Shown in pieces: positions 56,578 through 64,000 of a DNA stretch of 64,000 nucleotides. The DNA is from Candidatus Micrarchaeota archaeon (lineage in GTDB: Archaea; Micrarchaeota; Micrarchaeia; Anstonellales; Bilamarchaeaceae). The notes under the pieces are model-generated. The model saw only the letters and a program-made list of their open reading frames with translations. It ran no database searches and was not told the origin of the DNA. The stretch spans positions 14,085 through 78,084 of the forward strand of contig WJIU01000045.1 in the NCBI GenBank assembly GCA_014730115.1, written 5' to 3'. Made by a program: the position numbers and the translations under genes. Every line of letters starts with the position of its first letter. Position 1 is the stretch's first letter.

Positions 56578-57369
56578 TTACCTTACGACCTCAATGTATC
56601 CTTCGCTTACAAGCTTGTTGAGAATCTCTTCAACCCTGGCCTCGGAGACCTTGTACAATCTGCTGAATTCGGTGATGTTGACTGCGCCGCTGTGCTCGGC
56701 AATCCATTCCTGGAGCTTGGATTTGAGGGCATCCTCTGAAAGGGATTCCAGCTCCTGAACCCGGAGTTTGAGCTCGTCGTTCTCTGCCTTGAGGTCATAG
56801 TTCTGGGTGGTAAGTGCCTGGACCTGCTCGGTGAGCCGGGTCACTTTTCTCTTGTAATCGCCAACCTCCTTTTTCATTGAATCATAGGCCGTGTAGAGCT
56901 TGGTGTAGTCCATGGTCACAGAATCGGAAAGGTCCTTGATGGAATTTTCAACCAGCTGGAAAAGAGTCTTGTTTTCTACTTCGTAGTTATCATCCAGCAG
57001 AGAGAGGATGTTGAACAGGTAGCGCAGTATGTCCATGCGCCTTTTTCGGGGACTGATGCCGGTCGGAATTGTATAAAGAACCTCAGTCTCATCTTCCTTT
57101 ATTTTCACGATGGAGAAAAGATAGGGGTTCTTATTGATGTCCCTGCTTTCCACATATATAACATTGATCAGGTCTTTCTCTGGTGCAATCTCAAGAAAGG
57201 AAATAGAGCGCAGAATGGGGGGGAGGTCCTTGAGCTTGCCTTTTTTCAGCTTTCCCTTGACCTTGAAGCCGTCTACCTGCGGGGGATGGGCTTCATCCCC
57301 AGCCCCGGGTTTTTTTTCTTCCGGCTTTTCTTCTTTTTTCTGGCCCATTTTCGGCAAAGGCAATGCCAT
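56578..57369 (-). CDS. coiled-coil protein with C-terminal winged-helix-like domain (operon gene 4)
   Basis: Heptad-rich KRKVTRLTEQVQALTTQNYDLKAENDELKLRVQELE, then ITEFSRLYKVSEARVEEILNKLVSEGYIEVV. Confidence 0.65.
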   Translation of the reverse strand: MALPLPKMGQKKEEKPEEKKPGAGDEAHPPQVDGFKVKGKLKKGKLKDLPPILRSISFLEIAPEKDLINVIYVESRDINKNPYLFSIVKIKEDETEVLYTIPTGISPRKRRMDILRYLFNILSLLDDNYEVENKTLFQLVENSIKDLSDSVTMDYTKLYTAYDSMKKEVGDYKRKVTRLTEQVQALTTQNYDLKAENDELKLRVQELESLSEDALKSKLQEWIAEHSGAVNITEFSRLYKVSEARVEEILNKLVSEGYIEVVR

Positions 57370-57375
57370 TCATAT

Positions 57376-57876
57376 TCACCTCTTCTTTTTCTTTGGCTTT
57401 TTCCTGGCTGGCTTCTTCTTTTTGGCCTGTGCTTTCTTTCCTGCAGGCTTTGCCGCTGCCTTCTCAGGCAGGGGCGGCTCTTCCTCAGGAGCAGGCGGGG
57501 GGGCGCCAATCACCTTGGGAACCTTGCTTTCCACTGCAGGCGCATATTTGAAAAGGGGAAGCGCAAGCACAAAAGTCCCGACAATCAGGGCCGATACTAC
57601 CGCCCACAGGTCAAAGCGTCCGGAAAGAAACAGCGCCGCAAGGACGGCAATCACCAGAAGGCCGGCAACCACGCTTGCAAAAAGTATGCTCTTTTCAAAG
57701 GACCGCCTCCTCTTCAGGTGCTCCTCCAGGTGCTCCTCGGAAACATAAAGCTCGTTCATCTGGGCAATTCCAAGTGCCTTCTTTATCGCCCGGATTGCCT
57801 TGATAATCCTGTCTTCCTTGACCTTGACAGCACGCTTTCCTTCCACGCTCTTCTGGGTTGCGATGCAGATTTTCAT
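57376..57876 (-). CDS. small two-TM protein with Pro-rich linker and poly-Lys tail (operon gene 3)
   Basis: TMs ILFASVVAGLLVIAVLAALFL and AVVSALIVGTFVLALPLF. Tail KPAGKKAQAKKKKPARKKPKKKKR. Confidence 0.6.
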   Translation of the reverse strand: MKICIATQKSVEGKRAVKVKEDRIIKAIRAIKKALGIAQMNELYVSEEHLEEHLKRRRSFEKSILFASVVAGLLVIAVLAALFLSGRFDLWAVVSALIVGTFVLALPLFKYAPAVESKVPKVIGAPPPAPEEEPPLPEKAAAKPAGKKAQAKKKKPARKKPKKKKR

Positions 57877-57881
57877 CGTAT

Positions 57882-59474
57882 CTATTCCTCAAGCACAACC
57901 TGGCTTATCTCTCTTCCGACTCCGCCGCTCTTTTTCAGGTCCACTTTTCCGAAGATGTTGATGATGGTAATGTCATCAAGCCCGGAGTCCTTGAGAAAGT
58001 CGCTGATGTTCCTGCGTGCAACCCCGTCACGCTCCAGGGTAATCACAAAGGACACCACATCGAGCCGCCGGTTGTTCTTTTCGAACATCTTGGTGATTTC
58101 CTCCACCTTGTCATCTCCCAAACCAAACTGCCTGAGTCTTCTTCTTACATCTTCCTTCAGGAATGAAACGCTTCTTGCCACTGAAATGTCCCTCCTTTGT
58201 GTTTCGGTAAGCACCTCCTTGAGTTCAAGGAAGTACTCCTTGCTGGGCTCCTCCCCCTCGATTTTCTGAAGAAGGAATGTCGAGGGATATGGAGTGGGGG
58301 TGGTCATTGAAAGGTTCACTGCCGCCTGGCCCACGCCAAGGCGGGATATCTCCTCCCTCATATAGTTGCTGAAATTCAGCGAGCCCTGGAGATAGTCCAG
58401 GAACCTTTCGAATTTGACTTTTAGAATAAACGTTGTTCCCACGTTGCTGAAGATTGCTTCGCTGATGTCGGTGGGGTTCTGGGATGCGATAATCATGCCG
58501 AAGTTGTATTTTCTTCCTTCACGCACAATCATCACTGCGTCAGAGTTGTTGTCCTTCCCTATCTTCCACGCTTCGTCGAGAACCACGATAAGCCTGAGGC
58601 CTCTTTTCCTTGCCCCTTCAATGGAGCCGGCAAGCCTCATTCTTTCTTTGATGAACTGAAGCATTGTAAGTGCGGCAAGGGCACGGGATGTCTCGTCAGG
58701 AAGGCCCACCAGGTCCAGGTCTACAAGCCCGGAAGTAACTATATCATCCAGGCTTACCGTGCTCTGCTGGGCAAAGAAGTCCTCGCCTGACTTGGTGAAC
58801 TGCTTTAACCTGTAAATTGCGTTTTCCAGCTCTGCAGGGAATTCATAGCTTCCCATCTGGGCTTCCTCGGTAAGTATGCGGACCACGTCCTTGAGCGTGG
58901 GCGGGGTAAGGGGCTTTCCAAGCTCGTCCTTCTGCTCCCGGGAGTCCATCCTGAACTTGTTTTCCAGGTATGTCTTTTCTATTGCCTGCTCGGTGAGCCT
59001 CCTCTGCTCCGGATAGTTGCCTATATCTGTGAGCAGCTCAAGGGTCCTCATGACCTGCTTGATACGGTCATAAGGCCTCATCCCCCCCAAATCCAGCAGG
59101 TTGAGGTATGAGCCGCGGCCGAGTGAAACAACCTTTCCCCCGGTCATCTTCACCCAGTTCTTGTACTCTCCTGCCCAGTCCAAAATAAGAGCATTGGAAT
59201 CCCACACAAACGAAGCCCTCAACAGGAAGGTCTTGATGAAATAAGACTTGCCTGAACCTGAAATCCCGCACACTGCAATGTGGGGGTTGGCGAGGCTTTC
59301 GTGCGTCCAGTAGAACGGAACATCGAAAATCTTGGTCCTTCCGATATAAACAGAATCCCTGGGGTCGGCAAACAGGACTTTCATGGGCGGCTCCGGCGGA
59401 TGCACCAGAATATTGCGCTTGGAAATGTCCTTGTTTGGGACCTTGGTTAGTACGAGCTTTCCTCCTAGCACCAT
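57882..59474 (-). CDS. VirB4/HerA/FtsK-superfamily P-loop ATPase (operon gene 2)
   Basis: Walker A IAVCGISGSGKSY, Walker B LIVVLDEAWK, and FGMIIASQNP. Start ATG 59474 lies 2 nt after the gene 1 stop. A C-terminal extension of about 110 aa is present. Confidence 0.85.
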   Translation of the reverse strand: MVLGGKLVLTKVPNKDISKRNILVHPPEPPMKVLFADPRDSVYIGRTKIFDVPFYWTHESLANPHIAVCGISGSGKSYFIKTFLLRASFVWDSNALILDWAGEYKNWVKMTGGKVVSLGRGSYLNLLDLGGMRPYDRIKQVMRTLELLTDIGNYPEQRRLTEQAIEKTYLENKFRMDSREQKDELGKPLTPPTLKDVVRILTEEAQMGSYEFPAELENAIYRLKQFTKSGEDFFAQQSTVSLDDIVTSGLVDLDLVGLPDETSRALAALTMLQFIKERMRLAGSIEGARKRGLRLIVVLDEAWKIGKDNNSDAVMIVREGRKYNFGMIIASQNPTDISEAIFSNVGTTFILKVKFERFLDYLQGSLNFSNYMREEISRLGVGQAAVNLSMTTPTPYPSTFLLQKIEGEEPSKEYFLELKEVLTETQRRDISVARSVSFLKEDVRRRLRQFGLGDDKVEEITKMFEKNNRRLDVVSFVITLERDGVARRNISDFLKDSGLDDITIINIFGKVDLKKSGGVGREISQVVLEE

Positions 59475-59476
59475 TT

Positions 59477-60289
59477 TCAAACCACGCTCTCTTCCAGCTC
59501 CTGCGGGCTGGTGGGATAGAATTTCTCCCACTCAAAGCACTTCAGCATCTGGTCGCCGGTAAGGTGGGTCACTTCCACGTTCAGGGCATTGCCAAGAAGG
59601 GTGCGCAGCTCATTTGACTGGGAGCGTGCTGCGGCAATAGCCGCGTCCTTGCTGAGGCCGGTTGCTGTTGTCTGGGCATATGCCATAACACCCATCGGCT
59701 TGACACCCCTGATGAGGCGCTGAAGCTGCATGTCCCAGATTGCTACTTCTCTCTCGTATTTATCAATGGTCAGAGGGTCGGCCTGGGGCTTGTCCCTTTC
59801 CCTGGCAAGCCTGAGCTGGGCCTCTGCTCTCTTGGCCTCAATGTTCCTTCTTTTCTGTGCCACATCCTCAACGTACAGCATGTAGGCAATCTTGGTTACG
59901 TGCTTGATGTTTGAGATTGCTCGCTCAAAGAACTGGTTGTATGCAATTGCATCGTCCGATGCCTTTTCAGTGGTTGACTCAAAAATCTTGATTCCGAGGA
60001 AGACCGATGCATAATAAACCCCCCCGACGTTTTTCACAATAACGTCCTGGGAGGGTGGTATCTCATAGCCCGCCCTGTCCATCATAATAATATTTGTCCT
60101 CTGGGTGATGAGAGGAATTATCATATATCCATATTTCCAGAAAAGCGCGGCACCCATTGTGCCGACAAAGCAGAGAAAGGCGCCGATAAGGCTAAAGAAA
60201 CTTCCCCCTGCTGCCAGTGAAAAGATGGCACCGACGATTCCGACTCCCAGTGAAGCATAAATGTATTTTTTTGAACTGGTACTGGTCAT
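59477..60289 (-). CDS. membrane protein with N-terminal TMs and about 200-aa soluble coiled-coil domain (operon gene 1)
   Basis: IYASLGVGIVGAIFSLAAGGSFFSLIGAFLCFVGTMGAALFW, then a soluble part containing RRNIEAKRAEAQLRLARERD. Confidence 0.65.
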   Translation of the reverse strand: MTSTSSKKYIYASLGVGIVGAIFSLAAGGSFFSLIGAFLCFVGTMGAALFWKYGYMIIPLITQRTNIIMMDRAGYEIPPSQDVIVKNVGGVYYASVFLGIKIFESTTEKASDDAIAYNQFFERAISNIKHVTKIAYMLYVEDVAQKRRNIEAKRAEAQLRLARERDKPQADPLTIDKYEREVAIWDMQLQRLIRGVKPMGVMAYAQTTATGLSKDAAIAAARSQSNELRTLLGNALNVEVTHLTGDQMLKCFEWEKFYPTSPQELEESVV

Positions 60290-60330
60290 ACCTTATCCCT
60301 CATGTACTCAGCATTACAGTAGTGAGAAAA

Positions 60331-60340
60331 CTATATAAAA
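60331..60340 (-). promoter_or_regulatory. TATA-like box upstream of the five-gene operon
   Basis: Plus strand CTATATAAAA (minus TTTTATATAG), about 40-50 nt upstream of ATG 60289 in a 175-nt divergent intergenic region. Confidence 0.4.
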
Positions 60341-60464
60341 ACCCTCTATACCCCTTATTTTATCTATTGCTGACTGAAATTGTCATAAACTCACACTAAA
60401 CGAAAGGTTTATATACATGAAAATTCACAATAAGTAACGAGAAACCAGAGTATCCCAGGTGTAA

Positions 60465-61547
60465 ATGAAAATGCAGAAACTGAATGATTCACTCCTGAGA
60501 GGAGTAGAGGCAGGAAACAAGGAGGCCACCGCCATTGTTTCTGCGGTGGTGGAGACCAATGCGCTTACCCAGCAGGAGATTATCAGGGCATGGGAAAGTG
60601 CAGTACAGGGTGTTCTGAAGGGCAGCAAAGGAGCAGCAAAACTGGGCTTCGGGCTTGCAGACAAAAGCCAGGATGCCGAAGCAGGCCAGATTTACGAGGA
60701 CCTTGTTCTCCTGGCATTCAAGCCTACCCACAAGCTTTCTTTCAGCAAGACTATCAGCACCGGCGCTGCGGTGGTAAGGGTGCAGAATGGAAACATCAGC
60801 TGCAGGGGATTTGACCCTGATAAATTCCTGGAGCTGGCAAAGAAATGCCTGATTAATGCCGCAAAAAAGGGAAATGACTATTCCAAGCGCTTTGCTGTGG
60901 AGGCCCTGAGGAATTTCAATAACCGTGAAGGAATCAAGGAGGAGCTGCTTGCAATAGCCCAGGGCAGGAATGATGAAAAACTCATGGGGGCCGTTTTTGA
61001 AAGCCTGATGCATCTCAGGGTGGACGAAGAGCTGGAGGTCGCCCAGAGGGACAGGAAACTTATCCTGGATAATTACGACGAGACCTCGCCGGGCAGACTG
61101 TATGCGGAGATGCTTTTTGACAGCATTGAAACAGTTCTCAGAGACACAGGCAGAAAAGAAAGGGAACAGGACGTCACTGTTGCTACCATGCAGCTTGCAC
61201 GCTCCAACATCAAGTCAGAGGCACCAGGGGAGATGCTCGACGAGGTAAGCATCAAGCTTGCCCAGAAGAACATCGAAAATGCGCTGATTCATGCGATGGT
61301 CAACGGGGAAGGAAGAAGCAGGGAAGAGGCCTGCGAAGGGCTGGCATCTATAGGTGGTGAGAGAGTCAGCTTTATTCTGGACAGGATATCAAAGAGAGAG
61401 ATAAAAGACGGTACACCCACCAGAGCAGGGGATGCTGCAAGAACTACCCTGCTCAGGATTCACAAAAAGGAGAAACCGACGCTCCCCCCGCCTATTCCGC
61501 CGGCAGCAGTAAGGAAGGAAAAGGCAAGGAAACTGGCCAGACGGTAG
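60465..61547 (+). CDS. alpha-helical (HEAT/ARM-like) repeat protein with basic Pro-rich tail
   Basis: 360 aa, all-helical, with repeated ..A.EALRNF.. / ..ACEGLASIGG.. type helices. Tail KKEKPTLPPPIPPAAVRKEKARKLARR. Confidence 0.5.
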   Translation: MKMQKLNDSLLRGVEAGNKEATAIVSAVVETNALTQQEIIRAWESAVQGVLKGSKGAAKLGFGLADKSQDAEAGQIYEDLVLLAFKPTHKLSFSKTISTGAAVVRVQNGNISCRGFDPDKFLELAKKCLINAAKKGNDYSKRFAVEALRNFNNREGIKEELLAIAQGRNDEKLMGAVFESLMHLRVDEELEVAQRDRKLILDNYDETSPGRLYAEMLFDSIETVLRDTGRKEREQDVTVATMQLARSNIKSEAPGEMLDEVSIKLAQKNIENALIHAMVNGEGRSREEACEGLASIGGERVSFILDRISKREIKDGTPTRAGDAARTTLLRIHKKEKPTLPPPIPPAAVRKEKARKLARR

Positions 61548-61588
61548 CCGTGCCTATGCTTTTAAAGTAAAGTCAACCAATTTTATTT

Positions 61589-62326
61589 ATGGGCAGAGTG
61601 CGGATTCTGAAACGGAACGGAAAGGCTTATGTAGAGCTTCCGCCAGGCCTGCCGGACTGTGATGAGCTTGAGATTTATCCCCTGAAAGAAGGCTATTATC
61701 TGATAAGCCTGCCACTGGGCAGGGCCGTCACCAGGCCCAAAAAGGGGCTCAGCGAAAACGACCGGCAGGTACTGAGGAAACTGCTTTCAATACGGTTTGA
61801 AAAGCGCACCCCCGCCTATGTATCCAAGGCCCTGAGCGAGCAGGAAAAACAGATTCTCCGGGACCTGGAAAGAAGAGGACACGTCAATGTTTTCAGGGGA
61901 AAGAAATACCGGGACGGGGTCTACAACATCAACGACAAGACCTACCCCCTTCTGAAGAACCGGCCGCCCCCCAGCAAGCCGGTTCAGCGCAATTCTGATT
62001 CATTTACCCTGCTCAAAACCCAGGGCTACGTGGTAATTCCGGACCGCAGGGAAGCCTATTCGCTTTCACAAAAACTGAAGCAGGACCTGAAAACCGGCTC
62101 GGTTATAGGAATCAGGGGGTTCGACGGCAAGTTCTACGCAGTTACAAAGCAGTTCCTGGAAAAGGCGGAAAAAGCAATAGCCGCGGCACTCAAGGAAGAG
62201 ATGGATATTTCATCTATTGCCGAAACTGCAAAGCTGAACCGGGACGGCTGCATGGCGGTGCTGAGGATAATGGCCGAGAACGGAGAGGTAATTGAAAAAA
62301 AGAAGGGAGTTTTTGCACCGGTATGA
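61589..62326 (+). CDS. hypothetical protein: AbrB/SpoVT-like N-terminus plus two winged-helix-like modules
   Basis: RVRILKRNGKAYVELP, then LSEQEKQILRDLERRGHVNV and ISSIAETAKLNRDGCMAVLRIMAENGEVI. Confidence 0.5.
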   Translation: MGRVRILKRNGKAYVELPPGLPDCDELEIYPLKEGYYLISLPLGRAVTRPKKGLSENDRQVLRKLLSIRFEKRTPAYVSKALSEQEKQILRDLERRGHVNVFRGKKYRDGVYNINDKTYPLLKNRPPPSKPVQRNSDSFTLLKTQGYVVIPDRREAYSLSQKLKQDLKTGSVIGIRGFDGKFYAVTKQFLEKAEKAIAAALKEEMDISSIAETAKLNRDGCMAVLRIMAENGEVIEKKKGVFAPV

Positions 62327-62335
62327 GGGTTGTGG

Positions 62336-63448
62336 ATGATTATCAAGGATGAGATTCACGGAACAGTGGGATTCAGCAGCCTTGAGGAGAGGATTATCGA
62401 CCATCCTGATTTCCAGAGGCTGCGAAGGATAAGGCAGATGTCCATAACCTATCTTGTCTATCCGGGGGCAAACCACACCCGTTTTGAGCATTCCATTGGA
62501 ACCTCCTATCTTTCGCGGATGATGGCCAGAAAGCTCGGGCTTGATGGGGATGAAGCAGAAAAGGTAAAACTCAGCGGGCTCCTTCACGACATCGGCCATG
62601 CCGCATTCTCCCACGAAGGGGAGGATGTGCTTCAGGGCCATCTTGGCTCCCATGAGGAAATTGGAAGGAAAAAGATACTCCGGGGAGGGCTCAGCGATAT
62701 AATTTCCGAGAACTACCGGCCCGGGGAGATAACCGAGCTGCGAAAGCCTTACGGCAACATAATTGAATCAGACCTGGGCTCGGACCGGATGGACTATCTG
62801 AAAAGGGATGCTCTGAACACCGGCGTGGCTTACGGCATAATAGATATCGACAGGATTGTCCACACCCTTTGCATGGAGGGGGGGCAGCTGTGCATTGAGG
62901 AGGGGGGGCTGGAGGCTGCGGAATACCTCCTTATTGCAAGATTCATGATGTTCTCCACGGTCTACATGCACAAGACCGTGCGGATTGCCACTGCAATGCT
63001 TTACCGCGCAATTGAAAAATCCATTTCAGACAAAACTCTCCAACCAGAGGAATTCCTGGAGCTCGGGGACGAAAGTGCGCTGATGAAGATGGGCCAGTCC
63101 CCGGAGGGGGGCGGCTATGCCAAGGCGCTTCTGGACAGAACCCTCTACAAGGAGGTCTGCTCGTTTCCCAAGCAGCAGTTTTCGGAAAACACAGAAAAGG
63201 AGCTCTCCGAAAAGCTGGGATGCGACATCATTGTGGACCGCCCCCGGGAATTCTTCAAGCCGGTAAACCTGAAGGTGAAAACCGACCGGGGGCTGGAGCC
63301 GGTTTCTGAAATCTCCAAGCTGGTGCAGTCGCTGAAACTGGCTGAGGAGGAAAGAATGAAAGTGCTGGTGCTGGCGGATGAAAAGACCAGAAAGGAAAGG
63401 AGGGCAGAAATAAGAAAATCAGTAAACGACTGCCTTGCTGGCGATTAG
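62336..63448 (+). CDS. HD-domain phosphohydrolase (SAMHD1/dGTPase-like family)
   Basis: RFEHSIGT, LLHDIGHAAFSH and DRMDYLKRD. Confidence 0.85.
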   Translation: MIIKDEIHGTVGFSSLEERIIDHPDFQRLRRIRQMSITYLVYPGANHTRFEHSIGTSYLSRMMARKLGLDGDEAEKVKLSGLLHDIGHAAFSHEGEDVLQGHLGSHEEIGRKKILRGGLSDIISENYRPGEITELRKPYGNIIESDLGSDRMDYLKRDALNTGVAYGIIDIDRIVHTLCMEGGQLCIEEGGLEAAEYLLIARFMMFSTVYMHKTVRIATAMLYRAIEKSISDKTLQPEEFLELGDESALMKMGQSPEGGGYAKALLDRTLYKEVCSFPKQQFSENTEKELSEKLGCDIIVDRPREFFKPVNLKVKTDRGLEPVSEISKLVQSLKLAEEERMKVLVLADEKTRKERRAEIRKSVNDCLAGD

Positions 63449-63589
63449 CACAATCGCCACAAACAGCACCACTACTGCTATAAGTGCCCGGGGCTCAATC
63501 TCCCTGCCTTCTATTTTTACATCCGGTGAAAAGCCGATCATGCCTGCAGAAGACATGGGCATTGATACACTCTGCTGTTTAATTGCCAT
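63419..63589 (-). CDS. preprotein translocase Sec61-beta (archaeal SecG)
   Basis: MPMSSAGMIGF...IEPRALIAVVVLFVAIVLIA matches the SSAGL-x-RYF plus single C-terminal TM pattern. Trimmed to MAIKQQ. Confidence 0.65.
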   Translation of the reverse strand: MAIKQQSVSMPMSSAGMIGFSPDVKIEGREIEPRALIAVVVLFVAIVLIASKAVVY

Positions 63590-63643
63590 CAGTGATAATT
63601 TTGATGCGAATGCTATATAAGTTTTTGTCATACCATAATAATC

Positions 63644-64000
63644 ATGTCAGATGTAAAGATTCACCGTATTGCAAATTTCAATAAGATGAAAAAGCCCCTA
63701 ATCATAGTCGGCTTTCCCGGAACAGGACTGGTTGGCAGCGTCGCAGCCTCCCATATTGTGGACGCCCTGGGAATGGAATTCGGAGGATACATATCAAGCC
63801 CGGAGTTTGCACCCCTTGCAGCAATTCACGATTACAAGCCGATGCCGGCCGCCAGGATTCATTTCTCCCAAAAGCACAACCTGGTGGTGATAATTTCGGA
63901 AATGACAATCCCGGTTTCTTCATCACTGGATGTGGCTGACAAGCTTTACGAGTTTGCAAAGTCAGTGGGTGCCTCTGGCATAATCTCCCTGGGGGGGATA
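63644..64000 (+). CDS. PAC2-family proteasome assembly chaperone-like protein (3'-truncated by window end)
   Basis: Hand translation gives MSDVKIHRIANFNKMKKPLIIVGFPGTGLVGSVAASHIVDALGME... Open to the window end, so absent from the ORF track. Confidence 0.78.
   Translation, partial: MSDVKIHRIANFNKMKKPLIIVGFPGTGLVGSVAASHIVDALGMEFGGYISSPEFAPLAAIHDYKPMPAARIHFSQKHNLVVIISEMTIPVSSSLDVADKLYEFAKSVGASGIISLGGI

Noticed and set aside
62336-63448. HD-domain dGTPase-like protein as a nucleotide-depletion defence gene.
   Set aside because: This HD family is widespread as a housekeeping gene in archaea. There are no neighbouring defence genes, and it sits among Sec61-beta, PAC2 and other core genes.
1-64000. 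CRISPR arrays, transposases, integrases or prophage/ICE borders, especially next to the five tRNA genes.
   Set aside because: No regularly spaced direct repeats and no recombinase-like ORF were seen. The tRNA flanks are housekeeping genes and no duplicated tRNA 3' halves (att sites) were noticed.

Overview
This is a compact, almost fully coding archaeal chromosome segment with about 75 protein genes and 5 tRNA genes. I saw no rRNA, CRISPR array, transposase or integrase. Many genes overlap or abut: ATGA and TAATG junctions, convergent 3' overlaps, and AT-rich TATA-like boxes about 25-50 nt upstream of starts. The content is mainly housekeeping. It covers replication (PolD small subunit, PriL/PriS, Orc1/Cdc6, RNase HII), translation and RNA processing (aIF2-gamma, S6e, aCPSF1, aTrm56, tRNA splicing endonuclease, deoxyhypusine synthase) and transcription (TFE). 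It also covers the proteasome (beta subunit, PAC2), nucleotide and amino-acid metabolism (prs, pyrF, thyX, folD, argG, argH, a PRTase) and isoprenoid lipid genes (HMG-CoA synthase, two ferredoxin plus geranylgeranyl reductase modules). Two things stand out. (1) Four of the five tRNA genes are interrupted by 1-3 introns, including D-loop and T-loop positions, and a long single-chain EndA sits in the same window. From memory, this combination is known from Thermoproteales and from ultrasmall ARMAN/Micrarchaeota-like (DPANN) archaea, so a DPANN-like origin is my inference, not a demonstrated fact. (2) A five-gene operon with 1-6 nt gaps (53991-60289, minus strand) is built around a VirB4/HerA-like P-loop ATPase. 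It also encodes three membrane proteins and a coiled-coil wHTH protein, none of which I can assign to a described system. This is my best candidate for an undescribed envelope or translocation apparatus. All protein calls rest on motifs read by eye in the supplied ORF translations; no database search was possible.
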